Below are positions 60,608-64,000 of a stretch of DNA of 64,000 nucleotides, piece after piece. Location: positions 1,440,001 to 1,504,000 of the forward strand of contig OY759316.1 in NCBI GenBank assembly GCA_963662275.1, written 5' to 3'. The translations under genes and the position numbers were made by a program. The stretch is from Candidatus Cloacimonadales bacterium. Lineage in GTDB: Bacteria; Cloacimonadota; Cloacimonadia; Cloacimonadales; DAONDQ01. Every line of letters starts with the position of its first letter. Position 1 is the first letter of the stretch. The notes beneath the pieces are model-generated. The model worked only from the letters and a program-made list of their open reading frames with translations. It did no database searches and was not told the DNA's origin.

Positions 60608-62419
60608 ATGCGCTTGACTTTACTTTTATCAATCTTAATCGTAGCCCAGATGCTGTTTTCTTTGACGAATGTTCCGAGCGGTAACGTCTCTGGAACCTAT
60701 ACTCTTAGTGGTTCACCCTATATGATCAATGGCGATATTACGATTCAAAATGGACAGACCCTAACCATCAATCCAGGGGTACAGATCATTTTCAGTGGCC
60801 TCTATAAACTTAAAGTAGATGGCAGGATTGTGGCAATTGGAACTGCGGTGGACAGCATCAAATTCACCACAACAGGTACATCAACTAAATGGAAGGGAAT
60901 CAGGTTTTACAATACTTCTGCAACAAATGACACTTCCTTTTTTAATTACTGCATTTTAGAAAATGGTGATGCGTCAGGAAACGCTCTATCCATTGATAAT
61001 TCAGGTGGAGCGTTATGTACAACAGCTTTTTCCAAGTTGCATATTGAACATTGCAGATTTAGTAACAATTCTGCTTCAGTCTCTGGAGGAGCTTGTTTTT
61101 TTGACCAAACAGACCTAATTATCAAGAATTGCATATTCAGTTATAATTCTGCCTCCAGCAGCGGGGGAGGTCTAACCAGTACAAGTTCAAATGTTCCCTA
61201 TACAGTAAATAAGATACGAATTTACAATTCAGCTTTCAATCACAATTACGGCGGTTGGGGAGGAGGAGCATATATCCAATCATCCACGGAAAGTATCGTT
61301 CAAAATTGTACAATTGATGCTAATAGCTCCTATAATGGTGGTGGGATCATGATCAAGGATTCACAGGATTGTTTTATCAGGAACTGTACCATTACCAAAT
61401 GCATAAGCAATAATCGGGGCGGTGGAATAAACGGAACAGCTAGTACCATCACAATCTCAGACAATTCAATTTCAGGATGTTATTTCACAGATAACTGGGA
61501 TAATCCCAGTGGAATGGGAATAGCCTTGGAAGCAGGCGGACCCTATATTGTGAATCGTAATAAAATATTCAATAATTTAGCTGATCCTTCCTTTGCAGCC
61601 CAGGGAGGAGGTATCCGTTGTTTGAATTGTATTTATGAAATTGTGAACAATGCCATTTTCAATAATGGAGCTTCCGTTGGTGGAGGGTTGATGCTAAATA
61701 ACTATGGTGCCTTATCTGTAAACTGTAAACTCTGGAATAACACGATCGTGAATAATGCTTCTGCGGGAGCTGGTGCAATGAGTGTTATGGGATATGTAGA
61801 TGTTAGGAATAATATCATCTGGGGTAATACCTGCAATGACGGTTACCAGATAAGAATTACAAATGATGGAACGAATTTGATCTTTGCTTATAATGATATT
61901 CAAAATGGTTTAGCCACTTTTTCTGTACCCAGTTCACCTAACTGGAATTCAACCACCCAGTATGTCAATAATATCTCCGCAACACCTCAATTTATTGGTG
62001 CTACTAGTGGGTCAGGGACAGGCTATGAAGGGTCAGGTGCCAACTGGCAGATTCCTGTCACTTCACCATGTAGAAACTCTGGCGATCCTGCTATCAATAT
62101 GGGAACTTATACAACTGATTTACTTGGTAATACGCGAATTGACGAAGATAGAATTGATATTGGAACCTACGAATATCAGAATCCACTCAATGCACCTAGA
62201 TCCATGCAAATCACTCGTTCAGGTAGTAATGTGATCATACGGTGGGATCCAGTGACAATTGCAACGGGATATGCCCTCTATAGTTCAACGAATCCTTATT
62301 CAGGCTTTACTTTGCTGGATAATACACCATCTCACTTCACTTTGGTAAGCGGTAAAATTCAATGGACGGGTGCTATCTCTACTTCCAGGAAGTTCTTTGA
62401 AGCAAAGGCAGTACAATAG
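60608..62419 (+). CDS. Secreted right-handed beta-helix protein (choice-of-anchor Q-like)
   Basis: Repeated N.A..GG units; SPC...G, DLLGNTRI...IDIGTYE. Confidence 0.82.
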   Translation: MRLTLLLSILIVAQMLFSLTNVPSGNVSGTYTLSGSPYMINGDITIQNGQTLTINPGVQIIFSGLYKLKVDGRIVAIGTAVDSIKFTTTGTSTKWKGIRFYNTSATNDTSFFNYCILENGDASGNALSIDNSGGALCTTAFSKLHIEHCRFSNNSASVSGGACFFDQTDLIIKNCIFSYNSASSSGGGLTSTSSNVPYTVNKIRIYNSAFNHNYGGWGGGAYIQSSTESIVQNCTIDANSSYNGGGIMIKDSQDCFIRNCTITKCISNNRGGGINGTASTITISDNSISGCYFTDNWDNPSGMGIALEAGGPYIVNRNKIFNNLADPSFAAQGGGIRCLNCIYEIVNNAIFNNGASVGGGLMLNNYGALSVNCKLWNNTIVNNASAGAGAMSVMGYVDVRNNIIWGNTCNDGYQIRITNDGTNLIFAYNDIQNGLATFSVPSSPNWNSTTQYVNNISATPQFIGATSGSGTGYEGSGANWQIPVTSPCRNSGDPAINMGTYTTDLLGNTRIDEDRIDIGTYEYQNPLNAPRSMQITRSGSNVIIRWDPVTIATGYALYSSTNPYSGFTLLDNTPSHFTLVSGKIQWTGAISTSRKFFEAKAVQ

Positions 62420-62721
62420 GAAAATTAAAAATTAAGAATTGCAGAGCAGACTAGTCTGGTTCCCTCCCTTTGGATAAAGGGAGGGGTAGGGGAGAGTTTG
62501 ATTCTGCTCTTTTCTTTTCCTATCAGCTATAAGCTTCTTCAAGAGGGAGAGCTAGTTTTGCATCTTTTGGACTCCAGGTCGTTTCTGATACTTTTGTCCA
62601 CATAGTCTAATCCCTAATTTTTAATTCTTAATTTTAATTCTAATTCTGTCACTCTTCTCTTGACGTAAAACACCTCTATCTGTAACATATTATCTATCAT
62701 TATAGTTATTCTTGAGGTGTT

Positions 62722-63399
62722 ATGCATCAACGTTATCTATTAGGATTACTGCTTATCATTTTGATGGTCTCATTTGTACCCGATCTATTTGCCGACCAAG
62801 CTAAACAAGAGAAATTAGAAGCAGCTTTCTGCGCTGAGTATAAGTTCGATGGCATCATTACTTGGTGGAATGATGACACACCCCAAAGTTTGGAAGGTCT
62901 ATTTGATTATATGATGCTTTCTACTTATGATACATATGAAGATAGTAAATTCATTATTGAAGATATTTTTGATAGCTTACTGCCCTATATTGGCTTGGAA
63001 GAAGAGGACTTTTTCCCTGTTGAAGTGGGTGAAAATTTCTATACACTGAAGCAGAAGTTAAATGGCAGATCCATTGATGATTATGGTTATATCAAAATGG
63101 AGGTTACAGATCAGGCAGTTTTGCTTTCGGTCTATACTCTTTCTAATGCCAAAGCTCCCAAAGATCCTTCATTAACAGCCGATGCTGCTTATGCCAATTA
63201 TAAGAAGATGGCTCAGCCAGATGACATTGTTCCTCAATCAGAAGCTACCATTAATCTAACTTACTATGTCTTGCCTTCAGACATTGATTATAAGATTCAA
63301 AAACCTACAGAACTAAGCTTAGTTTGGAATATCAAAGGCAAAAACAATACATACCGCATTGATGCTATGACTGGGAAGCAAATAGGAAGGGTGGAATAG
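62722..63399 (+). CDS. Secreted protein with PepSY-like C-terminus
   Basis: Signal peptide; YRIDAMTGKQI; paralogue of 48414-49094. Confidence 0.65.
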   Translation: MHQRYLLGLLLIILMVSFVPDLFADQAKQEKLEAAFCAEYKFDGIITWWNDDTPQSLEGLFDYMMLSTYDTYEDSKFIIEDIFDSLLPYIGLEEEDFFPVEVGENFYTLKQKLNGRSIDDYGYIKMEVTDQAVLLSVYTLSNAKAPKDPSLTADAAYANYKKMAQPDDIVPQSEATINLTYYVLPSDIDYKIQKPTELSLVWNIKGKNNTYRIDAMTGKQIGRVE

Positions 63400-63508
63400 A
63401 AATTATTAGATAATTGGAGTGGTGATGGATACGAATCATGTTTCTCTGAAAGCATATGTAGTGTTTGAGTAGAGACGCCCAACTTGGGCGTCTCTACCGG
63501 AGTTAATA

Positions 63509-64000
63509 TCACTGTCTCTTGTTGAAACCAAATTTGATAAGATCCGATCTCAATCTCTCTTCTTTATGGATACGCTGTTTACGCCTTGAATTTAGGACAT
63601 GGAGTTCTTCCTGGAGTCTAAGAAATGAATTCAGGCGTTTTTCATCCAGCTCCCCATTTTCAGTCGCTTCCCGAATAGCACAGCCTGGCTCAGTACCATG
63701 ATTACAGTTACGGAAACGACACTCTTCAGCCAGTTCTTTGATATCTTCAAAGGTCTTGTTCAGGCTTACTTCTGTACCAATGATCTTAATATCACGCAGC
63801 CCCGGATTATCGATGAGGATTCCCCCTGAAGGGATGATGATCAATTCACGATGGGATGTCGTGTGTCTTCCCCTCCCGTCAGCGATTCGTGACTCAGCCG
63901 TAAGTTGCTTCTCTTCTCCCAGGATAGCATTCAGAATAGTCGACTTGCCCACTCCTGATGAACCTATCAGAGATATTGTCGTTCCAACAGACACATATTC
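63509..64000 (-). CDS. rsgA: Ribosome small subunit-dependent GTPase A (5' end outside the window)
   Basis: GSSGVGKST, GRHTT, IDNPGLR, CRFRNCNH..EPGCA. Confidence 0.93.
   Translation of the reverse strand, partial: EYVSVGTTISLIGSSGVGKSTILNAILGEEKQLTAESRIADGRGRHTTSHRELIIIPSGGILIDNPGLRDIKIIGTEVSLNKTFEDIKELAEECRFRNCNHGTEPGCAIREATENGELDEKRLNSFLRLQEELHVLNSRRKQRIHKEERLRSDLIKFGFNKRQ

Overview
Low-GC chromosomal window from an anaerobic Gram-negative bacterium. The gene content (methylmalonyl-CoA mutase subunit, C25/M6 peptidase homologues, FlgD-Ig/T9SS-type tails, NFACT, recO, folA, rsgA) resembles Cloacimonadota; this is inferred. It is rich in mobile and repetitive DNA: an IS200-type HUH transposase (RAYT-like) flanked by its REP palindromes, three apparently identical 1870-bp group II introns each inserted 3 nt after such a REP hairpin, two IS1182 copies next to the same REP clusters, a tyrosine recombinase + IS91-type element, an IS4-superfamily element with a 15-bp target duplication, several other REP families and 7-bp tandem arrays. 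The main candidate new system is the REP-targeting group II intron, with REP arrays acting as shared landing pads. Also notable are in-frame REP insertions in housekeeping proteins, motif-anchored heptamer arrays, and a tandem pair of unannotated small RNAs. All calls were made by eye; no database searches were run.
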